Shown here one piece after another: positions 52,216-64,000 of a stretch of 64,000 nucleotides of DNA. A model generated the notes under the pieces. It did no database searches. It was not told the DNA's origin and was given only the letters and a program-made list of their open reading frames with translations. A program made the translations under genes and the position numbers. Source of the DNA: Chiloscyllium plagiosum (lineage: Eukaryota); NCBI RefSeq assembly GCF_004010195.1, contig NC_057728.1:46404645-46468644 (forward strand). Reading direction: 5' to 3'. The stretch's first letter is position 1; every line of letters starts with the position of its first letter.

Positions 52216-52297
52216 GTTGTTTAGAAAAATATCCAGATATAGGTGGATGGATATGAGGTTGTTTAGAAAAATATCCAGATATAGGTGGATGGATATG
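52214..52297 (+). repeat. Perfect 42-bp tandem duplication
   Basis: AGGTTGTTTAGAAAAATATCCAGATATAGGTGGATGGATATG twice. Confidence 0.95.
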
Positions 52298-52300
52298 ACT

Positions 52301-52423
52301 GAAAATGTGTTGCTGGAAAAGTGCAGCAGGTCAGGCAGCATCCAAGGAGCAGGAGAATCGACGTTTCGGGCATGAGCCCTTCTTCAGGATCTCCAGCACC
52401 TGCCGTCCTCACTTTCTCCTCCC
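52301..52423. mobile_element. Family B copy with inverted 5' half and intact hammerhead core (52360-52387, minus strand)
   Basis: 14-bp TSD GGATGGATATGACT (52287-52300 / 52424-52437); the two halves are non-overlapping and in opposite orientation. Confidence 0.75.
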
Positions 52424-52499
52424 GGATGGATATGACTACATTCTTGAGAAATGGCAGTTCCATCCACTGCTTTCAATTGTATTTCAGCATTTCCATTCA

Positions 52500-53310
52500 C
52501 ATTAGAATGTAAGAAATAGGAGTAGAAGAAGACCATTTGCTCCCTCAAGACTGTTCAGTTATTCAATAAGATTGTGGTGAATTTGATTATTCTTTGACTC
52601 CACTTTCCTGCCTACTCCCCAATATACTAGACTCTTTTGTAGAACACAAAGCTGACAAATTCAGCCACAAATATATTCAATGACCCAGCTTCTGCCCCTG
52701 TCTAGGTGAAAAATTCTACATGTTAATCACACTCTAAGAGAAGAAATTTATCCTGTTTGTCTTAAATGTGAGGCCACTTATTTTGAAGCAGTGCCCCCTT
52801 TTAGATTTCTCCCTAAGGAGGAACATTCTTTCAGCATCTACGATGTCAAACCCATTGGAATAAAAGTTTCAATAAGAACACCTAACATCGTTTTAAACTC
52901 TGATCAGTATATGCCTAACTCAATATTTCCTCTTAAGACAACCATTTCATCCCAAGAATCAACCAAGTAAATGACCTCTGAACTGCTTCCAATGAAGTAA
53001 ATCCCTTCATAATTAAGAAAAACAGAACAAAAAACAAACTCTCGGTGCAGTCTCTCAAAGTTCTGTGCAGTTTTATTTACACACATTCCCTGCTTTTATT
53101 TTCCATTCACCTTGCAATAAGACTGGCATTCCATTTGCCTTCCTAAGTATGCATTGTGTCTGTATGCAAGAGTTTTTTGATTCTTGTGTGAGGACACCCA
53201 AGCTACTTGATATTGCTTCATTCTGCAGCCTCTCTTAATTGAAATAATATTCCATCTTCATTCCTCCAACCAATTGTGAGTGATGTAACATTATCTTATA
53301 TTATACTCCA
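52500..53310 (-). mobile_element. Old CR1-type LINE 3' fragment
   Basis: TAAGAAATAGGAGTAGAAGAAGACCATT tail shared with the ~11310 and ~24580 copies; decayed CR1 similarity. Confidence 0.55.
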
Positions 53311-54339
53311 TCTGCAAAGGCATCTGAAGGTGAAGAGACCTCATGAAATCTTTAAAATTTGGCAAGAAAAGATGTGTCCAAACCTGGGAAGCCATTATGG
53401 CAAAGAGAGAATCTGCCCACAAGAAGGTCAGCAATCCCAGCTATGGCTCTCTGTTACCCGAGGTAATTAAAGAAGGCCTTTCTAACCTCCAGCTTGCTTT
53501 TCTGCTGCCAGGAGGATTTCTGTGCCATCACCAATTTACTCCCATTTAATGGCTATTGGATTGTCATTAATTGGCTGCTGATTGCTGCTTGTCTGACCCT
53601 ACTTCTCTCACAGATGGGAATGTGTTACATTCCTCACTCTTCCATTTCTGTAGCTTCCTCCGCATGGCTGATACGATTCAGCTCAATGACTTTCATCCCC
53701 CAGCAAAATGCCTTTTATAGATTGGAGCACAAGGTCTTAATCACAACATTCTGAACATTCTTGTGAGGTGGTCTGAGTCAACTGGATCTCTCTGATAGGG
53801 AGCTGAATCGAAGCTGTGGACAGAGTTGTCCATGTATTTTATAGTAGGCTCCAGTTTTGATGTGGTTGTGGATAAATTCAGGAATAAATTATGGTAGAGG
53901 ACAATCTTTCAGGGCACTTGGCACATTCTGTAATGATAGCAAGGTTAATGGTGCCCAGATGGCATTCCCCTCTCAAATATAAAAGTTGATGCAAATCCCT
54001 GAGCTTTACACCTTGGGAAGGTTGCATGTTGATCACCCATCAATGAAGTGTCGTTTACCCCCCCCCCCCCCGGCTTATGCAGTCTGTATCATTCAACGCA
54101 GCTCTTCTGATTATGTTCCCTAGTTATTTCCTCAGTGTCTCCACTTACTATGGAAAAAGAGAATGACACAGAGTACTGACTTCTAAGAAATCACGATGAT
54201 TTAGAGCTAATTCACTCACTCACAGAAAGAGAGCAAAATATATTAGAGTGTTGACTGTAAACACTTCTTCAACAGAGCTTCAAAGTTATGTTGGTATGCT
54301 ACAATTTGCATATGTATGCGCAAATGTGTAAATAGAAGA

Positions 54340-54720
54340 AAGACTGCATTTATGTAGCACTTTCTATGACCACCAGACATCTCAAAGAATTTTGTAACCA
54401 AAAAAGTAATTTTTAAACCTTGATGTCACAGGAAATGCAACAACAAATTTGTGCTTTCAGACTCTATCAAACATGTTAATGATCAGATAATCTGCATTTT
54501 TGCAAAATTGGTTGAGAGGTAAGTATTGGCCAAGACACTAAGAGGATCTCTTCTTTGAAATGGTGCCATGGGGTTTGTATCCACCCAAACAGGCAGCTAA
54601 GACATTTGTTTAATGTTTCATCCAAAACATAGCACCTTGGGCAGTGCAGTGCTCCCTCAGTACTGCACTGGAGTATCAGCCTTGATTTTTGTTGTCAAGC
54701 TCTAGAGTGGGACTTAGTGA
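54340..54720 (-). mobile_element. Deu-domain SINE (SacSINE1/AmnSINE1-like)
   Basis: Minus strand CCAGTGCAGTACTGAGGGAGCACTGCACTG...GGATGAAACATTAAAC matches the recalled DeuSINE core; a more decayed relative lies at ~39300-39660. Confidence 0.6.
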
Positions 54721-55499
54721 ATGTGCTATCAACTTAAACAAGTCCATATAAAGGAATATAGAGAAAAGAAAAATGAGCTTTGGCAATTCACCCTGGTTCA
54801 GTTCCTCGTGTGTTCAGCATGGCTCGATCAATCAAATTCAAAGCTTTAAGGTCAGTGACCCCTGTTCTCATTCCTTTTATTTGCAGAGAAGGACAAGGCG
54901 AATATCAAAGATTTGAAGAATAACTAATGAGTGCCCTCTCCACAATCAACTTCAGAGTCAATGAATGACATCTATCGTACAACAATTTTTGCTATAGATT
55001 AATGCTCTAGATGAACTTTTTAAATAATATTTTAAAATACCTCCATTGGAAATCTCATAATAAAGTGTGTCTTACTGACCGTGAGGCATCTTCTGAAAAC
55101 TCATCACACACAGCAACTGTTGTACCTTAGCCTTAAGAGAGTTAACTCAATGTGTTTGGCAAATTTCCTCAAGCTGCTAGACTTTTTGCTCATCTGTCTC
55201 CATAATCTTTTACTTCTGTTTCGATGAAGGGTCAGAAAACTGGAACTGTGTTTATCTCCACAGATGCTGTCTTCACTCTGCTGAGTCTTTTTCGGCAAAG
55301 TTTGCTTTTATTTCAGCTTTCTAGCACCCACAGTAGATAGTGTTTGTATTTGGAGAATACAGTTAGGAATAAAGAAAGGGCAGAGATACTAAATTAACTT
55401 TATTACCTGGTTACAGATATTAAAAAAAATTATATGGATATATGGGAACTGAGGGTCTAATGAGCACAACCATCTTTAATTAATTTAAATGTCAATAAC

Positions 55500-56610
55500 A
55501 ATTAGGCACTAGAAAAATTAAGAGACTAAATGCTGACCAATTGTTAATCATGATTGTCCATTTCCTATGATTTCAAAAGAGTGGTTTCAGTGATTGTGCC
55601 TGCATTGGTTTCGACTTCTAGAATACCTTAGAGATAAGAATAGTTCATTTGGATTGGAAGGTGATAAATGTAACATGGCAATTCAAGAAAGGAGGGACAC
55701 TAGATCATTTAACCTAGTATAATTATTTGGGAAAATGCTAGAATCTGTTACCTTCTTGATTTTATGAAAGGGAAATCATGGTTGGCTGATCAATCAGAAT
55801 TTTGTTGATGGTGCAGCTATCATGGTAGATAAGTGGGAATCATTAGATTTGGCATATTGAAGTTTCAAAAAGCACCTGATAAGCTAGTACATGAAAGGGT
55901 TTTGGACAGTTTTAGTTTGAGTTTGCAAGTAATATTTTAGCTTTACTGCTTACCTCATGGACAGAAAACTAAAAGGTTCACTCCCAGATAGGCAAGTTAT
56001 AATTAGTGTATATGGATCAGCATGTGGGCCTTAATGTATTTAAACTTGCTGATGATACAAAGCTAGGTGGGAATGTAAGCTGAAAGGAGGATAAAAAGAG
56101 GTTGCAGAAAGGTAAAGAGATTGAGCAAGAAGGTAGAAGGTGGAGTGTATTGTAGCCAAGTGTCAAATTTGGTGGGACAAATAGAAAAATAAAATATTTT
56201 TACACAAGTGAGATTTGTAAATGTTGGCATGCAGAGGGATTTGTGAATGAATCACAAAAAATCCAGGTACAGCAAACATTGAAGAAAACCAATCACATAT
56301 TAGACTTTGTTTCAAATGGATTAGAATATAATTGTAAGGACATTTTATTGTCATTATATAATGCTTTGGTAAGACTGTACTTGAAGTACAGTTTACAGTT
56401 GGTTTTCTTTACCCAAGTAAGGACATAATTATTTTAGAGGGAGTGCAGCAAGATTTCACTTGGTCGGTTTCCCCGTGTGAGAGGATTGTTGTGTGAACAA
56501 AGATTAATTAGAGAGGATCTAAAAAGTCTCAGTAGTTTAGAAGAATGAGAGATGATCTCATTGAAACATATAAAACTCTTGGAAGACTTGGCAAGGAACA
56601 TTCTGAGAGA
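55500..56610 (+). mobile_element. Old CR1 LINE RT region (appears to resume at ~58690-58900)
   Basis: GCTGATGATACAAAGCTAGGTGG (ADDTKLG); LYNALVRLYLKYSLQ (ORF 56243). Confidence 0.7.
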
Positions 56611-57929
56611 CTGTTTTAAAAACAGAAAGTGCTCAAGAAATTCAGCAGGTCTGGCAGCATCTGTGAGGAAAGAAATAGTTTTGAGTCCAATATGACTCTT
56701 TATCGAAATCCTGTCTTACTTGGTTGGAGTGTCAAAATGGGGTCTGAACAACATGGGATATAGTGAGATCTGCAGTGGAATCACACAAGAATCTTACCAT
56801 TGGGAGCAACTCGCTGCATCTTTTATGCAACTGCGAAGTAGCGAGGCAAATTTCTCACTTGACAATGGCAAGTTGCCAAGTAAAGGTGATCATAGTTTGT
56901 TAAATGCCTTAGTAATGGAATAAATTGTCTTATTAGCATTCAGCTTCCTCTCACGCCAATTCTGCCAAACATGCTGATTGTCGAGAATTCTGGGCATGGA
57001 AATCAGAGGAGGTGCCTGGCGATTTCAGCTCGCCACTTCCTCCAAAGGACCCTCCCCATGTTGGATACCGGGCACCAACATTTCAGCAAGCCCCATTGGC
57101 TCCAGACATGTGCACCCGTGTCCACTTGCACCCCACACCCACAGACATTGGCATCCAGTTGGTGCCAGCCTCTAAGAACTCACATGGAACATCTTCGGTC
57201 CACTTACAGGATGCTTCAGCACTTCAGTGTTGCACCTCATGTTGCAGCAATGACACGGCAGTCAGGGACACTCACCAGCTAATGGACTGGACCAGTGTGC
57301 ATCTCTGGTCTTTTCAGTTGCTGGTATCGTGCTCACTCACCCTGAGTCTGCTTGGATGCTCACAGCGTCCTTGTCATGCATTGCCTTACCTTGCAATTTT
57401 GTGCTTTGACCCCTCAACCGAAGATACCAGAATGTCGGCACTAGTACTGCTGTATTGCCATGCTGTTTAGCACAGACACAAAGTCAGGATGTTTGCTAAG
57501 ATCATTAGCAATCCCAGTGTCCTGGCAGAGTAAGTCAAGGGAAGCCTCGGAACCAGTCAGGAGCTTGGAGATGGTCAGTAAGCCATTCAGGATGGTCAGT
57601 ATCAGATGAGCCGAAAGTCAGGCAGCCTGTCTTGACTTTTTCTACCTTACTTGGGGGGCTGCTTTCCTTCAGGAATGAGAGCGAGGTAGGTATTCAGGGT
57701 GATGAAAGTGGGTGGCACAGATTTTACTTATGGTATTGATGGGGAGGTGTCTCGAGGGAGTGTGAGCAGGCAGTGCAGTGGGCGTTCAGAATTAGTGGTG
57801 TCAGGGTTTGGGGGTCAGTGACAGTAAATGAGGGAAGACATTGCAACAGTGGGCATGGTAGAACATGAGCCTTGGTGGGAAGTGGGTAACAGAGATGGAG
57901 TTGGTGTGAGATGTTGAAGAGAAGATGCT

Positions 57930-58360
57930 CAAATTTACACTGGAGAAGTGGAGAAGGTTATGGACCTTCTCCCGACATCATTGGGCATTTGTTCAGACAG
58001 GAGAAAGTGAGGACTACAGATGCTGGACATCAGAGTCGAGAGTGTGATGCTGGAAAAGCACAGCAGGTCAGGCAGCATCCGAGGAGCAGGAGAGTCGATG
58101 TTTTGGGGATTCCTGATGAAGACCTTATGCCCAAAACGTTGATTCTCCTGCTCCTCGGATGCTGCCTGACCCGCTGTGCTTTTCTAGCACCACGCTCTTT
58201 ATTCCTCCAGACAGCTGAGACTGCACTAACCTGGTGGCAACCTTGCAACAGGCTGTCATGATCTGGTGGCATGGCCTCTGCTGCTGCTCCTGGGAGTACA
58301 GGAAGTCCTCTGCACCACCAGCCAAGCTGGTTCTCCAGGTTCCTGCTCACAAAGCAAGAT
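57930..58360 (-). mobile_element. Possible decayed Myb/SANT-like gene remnant of a PIF/Harbinger-type element
   Basis: Frameshifted minus-strand peptides (..KVATR../..QVSAVSAVWRN..) resemble the W-x-x-VA-x-x-VSAVS-x-x-x-R pattern; sits in a GC-richer block (~56710-58600) that interrupts a CR1. Confidence 0.35.
57999..58197. mobile_element. Family B fold-back copy
   Basis: Minus arm 57999-58107, plus arm starting ATTCCTGATGAAG at ~58109; imperfect flanking duplication ending CAGACAG. Confidence 0.7.
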
Positions 58361-61308
58361 ATCAGATTTTCCTCCTCTGCCACGTTCGTGCAGGGCATCT
58401 CTGGACTGGGTGCACAACGGGCTGTTAAAGATGGAGCTGGCACCAGGGATGCCATTCCATTCCAGGATGTCCTGATGGTGATCTGGGGTCAGAGCGTTGT
58501 AGGACAGGGATAGAATGGGACGAGAATAACACCATTATGGCTGATGTAAGTAGATAATGAGTTTGGTTAGAAATGGCGAGAGGACCTTCTAGGCCTATTA
58601 GCAAAAAAACCCTCCAAAAAAGCTTGACACACCTGGTATTTGGTAACAAAAGTATAAGATCCAACCAAAGGCAACACATTTTCTGGATAATGGATCAGCA
58701 ATTTAGTACTAAGATGAAGAGAAATGTTTTCAGTATAAGATTTTAAATTTTGGAAGTTCTCAACCTGGAGCACTGTAGATACTCACTTGTTTAATATATT
58801 CAAACTGACTTTGATATATTTTACATCTTAGGGGATCCAATGGATACAGAGGTAGTAGAGGAAAATGGACTTGAGGCGACAGATCAATCATGATTTTATA
58901 GAATAATGGAGAAGGGTTGAAAGACAATTTTCCTAACACTGTGCACCTCTGTACTTACAGGTTCTTTCCTAATTTGGCTCCATTTGTTGTGTATATCTAC
59001 CCCACATCTGTTAAATTCTGTCTTTGATTTATATTATTGAGAATGCTGCCCAGTTACTTTTCTTTTCTAAATCTGTTGCTGCCATCTTTTGATCCTACTG
59101 CTCTCTCCGTTTTAATCTCAATACTGAATTTGAGCATGCTACAATGAAAATATATAATTACAGTGAAGTATACATAATGGCTACTTATGTAAATATAATT
59201 GGGACAGTGATTCAATTAAAGGGGATTGCTAATGTTCACAAACCATACAAGTTGTACTCATGGCTTATGATGTCAGTGACACTCCTGGATTGGAAGCAGC
59301 ATTACAACTCCCTGTCGAATATCTATTATTCATGATGTAATGATAATTTAAATCTGAATTAAACACGCCAATCAATAAACCATTATTTTTATGAGTCACC
59401 TATTAACACAGGGTAGAACATATCCACCGTGGTGCTGAAGTCATCTAATTGTGATTCAGGTGTACTCAAGACCTAACGTGACAAATTTGACATTTAAACA
59501 AACTTTTTGGAAATTTAATCTTTTTCAAAATGTTCCATCTTATAAACTGCTGCATATTTTCTCCCTGCTCAGCTGGTCCTCTATTTTTCTTTGAATGACA
59601 TTACCATGATGTAACAAGTATTTTTTACTTTAGCATTTATACCTATGAAATTCGCAATCTATATATCTAAAGCTGTATGTTCATTTTATGAAATAATCTG
59701 GGTTGCCTACTTGTTATGCTTTTGAATTCATAAATCCTGATATGTTTCCATGTAACATATTAACAGAGGATTGCATTGAACCAATGGGATAAAAATTGGT
59801 TTTCATTGTGCCCATCTTCTTCGTGTAAAATAGGGTCAGAAAGAGACCAATTCTGCAGGGCTATGTCCTGTGCTTAAAATATGTCTTCATATACATACAA
59901 TTTATTGAAATCCCAAATGATCATCATTATTGGCCCCTTGAAGGACCTCTCAGCAACATCTGTCAACTTTAAATTGAGGAGTCATTGAAGCAATCATGCC
60001 AAAACCAATCCACTAAGTGGTCTTTATCAACCAGTAAATATTTTTGTTTTAATTACCTTTACATAGAGTTGGAAGGAATACTCTAGGAGATTTCTGCTCA
60101 CCTGCAATTGCTCCCATCTTTTCTTTATTCTATTTGGAAACCTGCCTGAGAGCCATTGCTACTGCACAAGTGGTCCTAAGCTTGATGTCTGACTTTGGGT
60201 AAACTGCCTCTGGAGATGGGACAGAGGCTAGTAGTTCAATTATGCTACTTAAATGAAGCATTAGTTCCAATTCTTGCTGAACATTGGTTCCATCAACCAT
60301 TTGTGTGGTACTTACAGCAAGGTGCCTAAACTTGGGCCACCATCAATATCTAACAACTTTCTTTACTAGCTGATTACAGAATAGTTAGTGGAAGCCAATA
60401 CTGAATTTTTAATCATCTTGTAGCCTTTCTAAATTTGGAGATAAAACAGTTGATCATTGGGGGAAAAAAATGGATCTAAACTAGAGTTCTTGTTGAGATA
60501 AAACATTTGGATTAGATCAGATTGTTAGTTCCATAGACTGCAGATGATGTTCCGTTGTGCATTTTGTTACACCAGCCATAAACAACAACTCTCTGAGCAC
60601 ATTTTTGTGACCACTGGACATCTCAAAGTTAGTGAAGTAATTCTGAGGTGCAATGAATAACTAGAAGTGAAAGCTAGTGCAATGGTGACCAAGTAAACAT
60701 TATTAATATGCATCTTAGTCACTAATGTCCTTCAGGGAAGGAAGTTATCAATCTTTCCTGATCTCGCCTGTATGTGACTCCAGACCTACAGCAACATGGT
60801 TGACTCTTAAATACTCTTCTTACTTGGCCTCAGAAGTCACTGAGTTCAAAGACAGTTAGGGATGGGCAATAAATGTTAGCCCAGCCAGTGATGCTCACAT
60901 CCCATGAGCAAATAAAAGAAAACTTATGGCTTCAATTTGAAATTTTAGGCTGTATTACTGCCACATTACTGTTATTGTAGAGCAGTCTCAGATATATGTA
61001 TCAATGTGAACATGGCAATATGATACTAGTGTATGGAACTATTCACTTTCCCAAGCACATAAAAATCAGTTAGCATGGAGCCCCTCAACAAGGCTTTCTC
61101 ACATAAAGTATGCACTTTATGTAGGGTTGGAATACAGCTCTGGTTCACAGTGAAGCAAATTATAAAGAGTGGTGAGACAATCTATTCATTCTACTGACCA
61201 CGAGGTAAACTTAAACTTCATTTGAAAGTGAATGCTCCTATTCATTAATTCCTAATGATGCAATATCATTGCCAGCGGGGTTAACTTCTGTATATTTACA
61301 TAAATTGG

Positions 61309-61380
61309 TATAATTTAGTATAGTGGTTAGTATCCCTGCATGTCACACAGGAGACCTGAGTTAAATTCCCTGATGGGAGG
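61309..61380 (+). pseudogene. tRNA-Asp(GTC) pseudogene
   Basis: TTAGTATAGTGGTTAGTATCCCTGCATGTCACACAGGAGACCTGAGTTAAATTCCCTGATGGGAG aligns with vertebrate tRNA-Asp-GTC; shows CpG-decay substitutions, a broken T-loop and a lost 5' acceptor strand. Confidence 0.8.
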
Positions 61381-61404
61381 GGGTTTGCTGTTATATCGGC
61401 AGCT

Positions 61405-61734
61405 TGGTGGCACAGTGGCTCGGTGGTTAGCACTGCTGCCTCACAGCACCAGGATCCAAAGTTCAATTCCGACCTTGAGTGACTGTCTGTGTGGAGTTTG
61501 CACGTTCTCCCTGTGTCTGTGTGGGTTTCCTCCCACAATCCAAAAATGTGCAGGTTAGACAAATTGGCCATGTTACATTGCCCATAGTGTTCAGGGATGT
61601 GTAGGTTAGGTACATTTTTCAGGGGTAAGTGTAGAGTAATGGGGAAACGGGTTTGGCTGGGATACTCTTTGGATGCTCAGTGTGGACTTGTTGGGCCGAA
61701 AGGCCTATTTCCACACAATAAGGATTCTAGTTCT
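61405..61734 (+). mobile_element. HE1-like V-SINE
   Basis: Head, V-domain and tail GGGCCGAAAGGCCTATTTCCACAC. Confidence 0.88.
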
Positions 61735-63471
61735 AAAATTTACAATCAGTTTTTTCAAGGCAGCAGAATGTAACTTATAAGACTGATGTCTCCCTTATGT
61801 TTGACTGGTTGTGTTTTGCACACTAAAACTGTTATTCTTAAACCTGCTTTATAACTACAGACCAAGTCACCTTCACGTTTTCATAGCTGACCATCAGGAA
61901 ATCTGACACTTTTATTTTTACGCAACTTAGCGTGGGAATTGTGACTACTTAAATATGGTGATTAGTAAGTTTTTTCAATGATTTAAAACATAATTGGCAT
62001 CTACGAATGCAGTACTGTGTCAGAGTGGGAAAATATATTAGGACGCTTGTCAATCTTTATAGCGTCTGCTTTAGAGAAATTAGTGTTGGCTGAATTTTCA
62101 GAGTTATTTGGTATGGTAATTTTGAACACTGTCAACTTTCCAAATACTGAGTGATTGCTCATGGAAAATGAATAGGGAAATGTGGTCATAAATTTCTTAC
62201 AAACTTAATAATGAACTTCATTTTTTTAAAAGATGAATTCTTTGCTTTGGCACCTGTACCTGGTTACACAACATTGTGAAAGTACCTGACCATTAGTGAA
62301 ATTCAATAAGGCCTCTGATTCAACCCTGAAGTTGGAAAACTGGTCAGATAGTACAACAAACTGAAAGCCTTCCATCCTTCTCCACATCAGTACACAGGCA
62401 CAAAGCCAGATTCAAAATTCAGTGCAAATTAGGGTTTATTTCTGATCCAAGCATTTATTAAATTAAGATTTTTAAGTAAGATTTTTAAAGAAAAGTTAAC
62501 ATTAAAAAATTGAATGAATGCTTGGTCATTTATCTGGAAGATTAAATGAACAGTGACTACATCATTCTGTCTGTGAAACAAGCTTATGAAGGTGAAATTC
62601 ATTTCATTGCATTTATATTTGGAATGGAAAACCAAGATGTAAAGTTCCAATGTAGGAAGACAGCCTCCAGTGACTCAGCAGTTTTGGCACAAGTTCCAAT
62701 GTCATATCAGTTAAGGTGCTGCAGAGGTGCCTCATCAGCATTAGACAGTTTGAGTATCGTGTACCTACTGCTTGCCTTAGGATCAGTATTAAAAATTCAG
62801 CCACCCTTTCTAAGAGAAGGTGTCCATTGCCAGATATTGGCAATAAATTCTCCTAAGCCGTAGCATCACTCTGAATTGGCAATGACTTGCTGATGGCCTT
62901 CCTTTCCATTTTCCTGTAAGGACTTAGCTGGGTACTGCACTACTTCAACATTCACCATTGTATTTGCTTTGTTGGCAAGCTGCATTGGAGAATGTGCAGG
63001 TCGTGAAACTGCAGCTCACCTGATACACTTTAAAGAGGTCCAAGTCCCCCAGGCCTAGCTGTTCCCTATGCCTCGGTGATGCTTATCTGCATTCTTCGTT
63101 TTCTTTTTATACTGGGTTTCTTATTTTCCGTTATGGTCGATAGTGATTGCTACAGCACAATACTTCATTTGTTTAACATAAAACCAAGTCTGTGGGAGGT
63201 GGACCAATACAAAAGAGACAGGCTGAACCTTAACAGAGAGGCCGACTAAAGTCCTCATGAGGTGATTTGCTCGTGTTGTTGGGAAATCGTTAAACTAACT
63301 TGCCGACAGGGTGGGAACCAGGATGTACCATGAGGAATTTTGAACAAGGTGCACAAAGGATTGGGAGAACCAGCATTCCAGTCAGAAATAGTAAGCACCT
63401 ATGGAATATATGCCTATATCAACCACCATTTTGTTAGGATTAACTTGAGTATGACAGTTGTGATGATGCTT

Positions 63472-63710
63472 TGAGACACACAAAACCAGAAATTGCTGGA
63501 AAATTCTGCAGTTCACGTAGCATCTGTGGCGAGAAAACAGAGTTAATTTTTCGAGTCCAGTGACCTTTTTTCCGAAGGGTCTGGAGAAGATTCCCTAGAC
63601 TCAAGACATTAATTGTTTTGTCTCCACAGATGCTGCCAGACCTGCTGAATTTCTCCAGCAATGTCTGGTTTGTGTGTCTCAGATCTCCAACATTAGCAAT
63701 TCCTTTGTCT
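63472..63710. mobile_element. Family C fold-back copy (diverged inverted arms)
   Basis: TGAGACACACAAAACCAGAAATTGCTGGA...AGCATCTGTGG pairs with CCACAGATGCT...TCCAGCAATGTCTGGTTTGTGTGTCTCA. Confidence 0.65.
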
Positions 63711-64000
63711 TATTTTGGATGGCACTCTTTCTGGTGTCATTTCAAATAACAATGTGGGTCCCCTCTAGATAACAAAAATATTAAGAGGAATCCTTTGATG
63801 TTATGTGAAGGAAGGATATTTGCTGAAGAGTATGCATTATCATTGTTACCATCTTGCTTGTATTTTATTTGAATGAGTAAGTACCGAGATTTGTCTGACA
63901 CTACATATTTTGAGACCACACTCCGCAAGTCAAGTTATAACTTAGTGTCGTTACATGTTGCAGATTGACCTTCAGCTGCACTCTGTGACAGATATGGCAC

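Larger units (their letters stand above)
27388..64000 (+). other. KCNC2: KCNC2 intron after the first coding exon (no downstream S1-S6 exon seen in the window)
   Basis: GT donor at 27388. No ORF in the track resembles the Kv3 transmembrane exon. Confidence 0.8.

Noticed and set aside
56971..57470. ORFs of 103-152 aa
   Set aside because: No domain signature; they lie within a probable decayed transposon block.

Overview
Vertebrate genomic DNA, inferred to be a cartilaginous fish (shark-like) from its repeats: HE1/V-SINEs, CR1/HER1-like LINEs and a Deu-domain SINE. The only host coding sequence I can support is the first coding exon of a Kv3/Shaw potassium channel, most likely KCNC2 (26842-27387, +). 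It is followed by an intron of more than 36 kb that runs off the window. The rest is mostly nested retroelement debris: CR1 LINEs, a Rex1/Babar fragment, about 13 HE1-like SINEs, a decayed Gypsy pol, a solo LTR, a tRNA-Asp pseudogene and a possible Harbinger Myb remnant. There is one assembly gap (3665-4049). The most notable signal is about 15 short non-coding insertions in three sequence families. They share a minimal hammerhead ribozyme core (CUGANGA-A-helix II-GAAA, then a 4-nt palindromic helix III) whose helix II covaries between families. Several have 10-17 bp target-site duplications and fold-back or inverted structure, consistent with non-autonomous Penelope-like, ribozyme-carrying retroelements. 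Repeat boundaries were read by eye and are approximate; family names rest on recalled motifs, not database searches.
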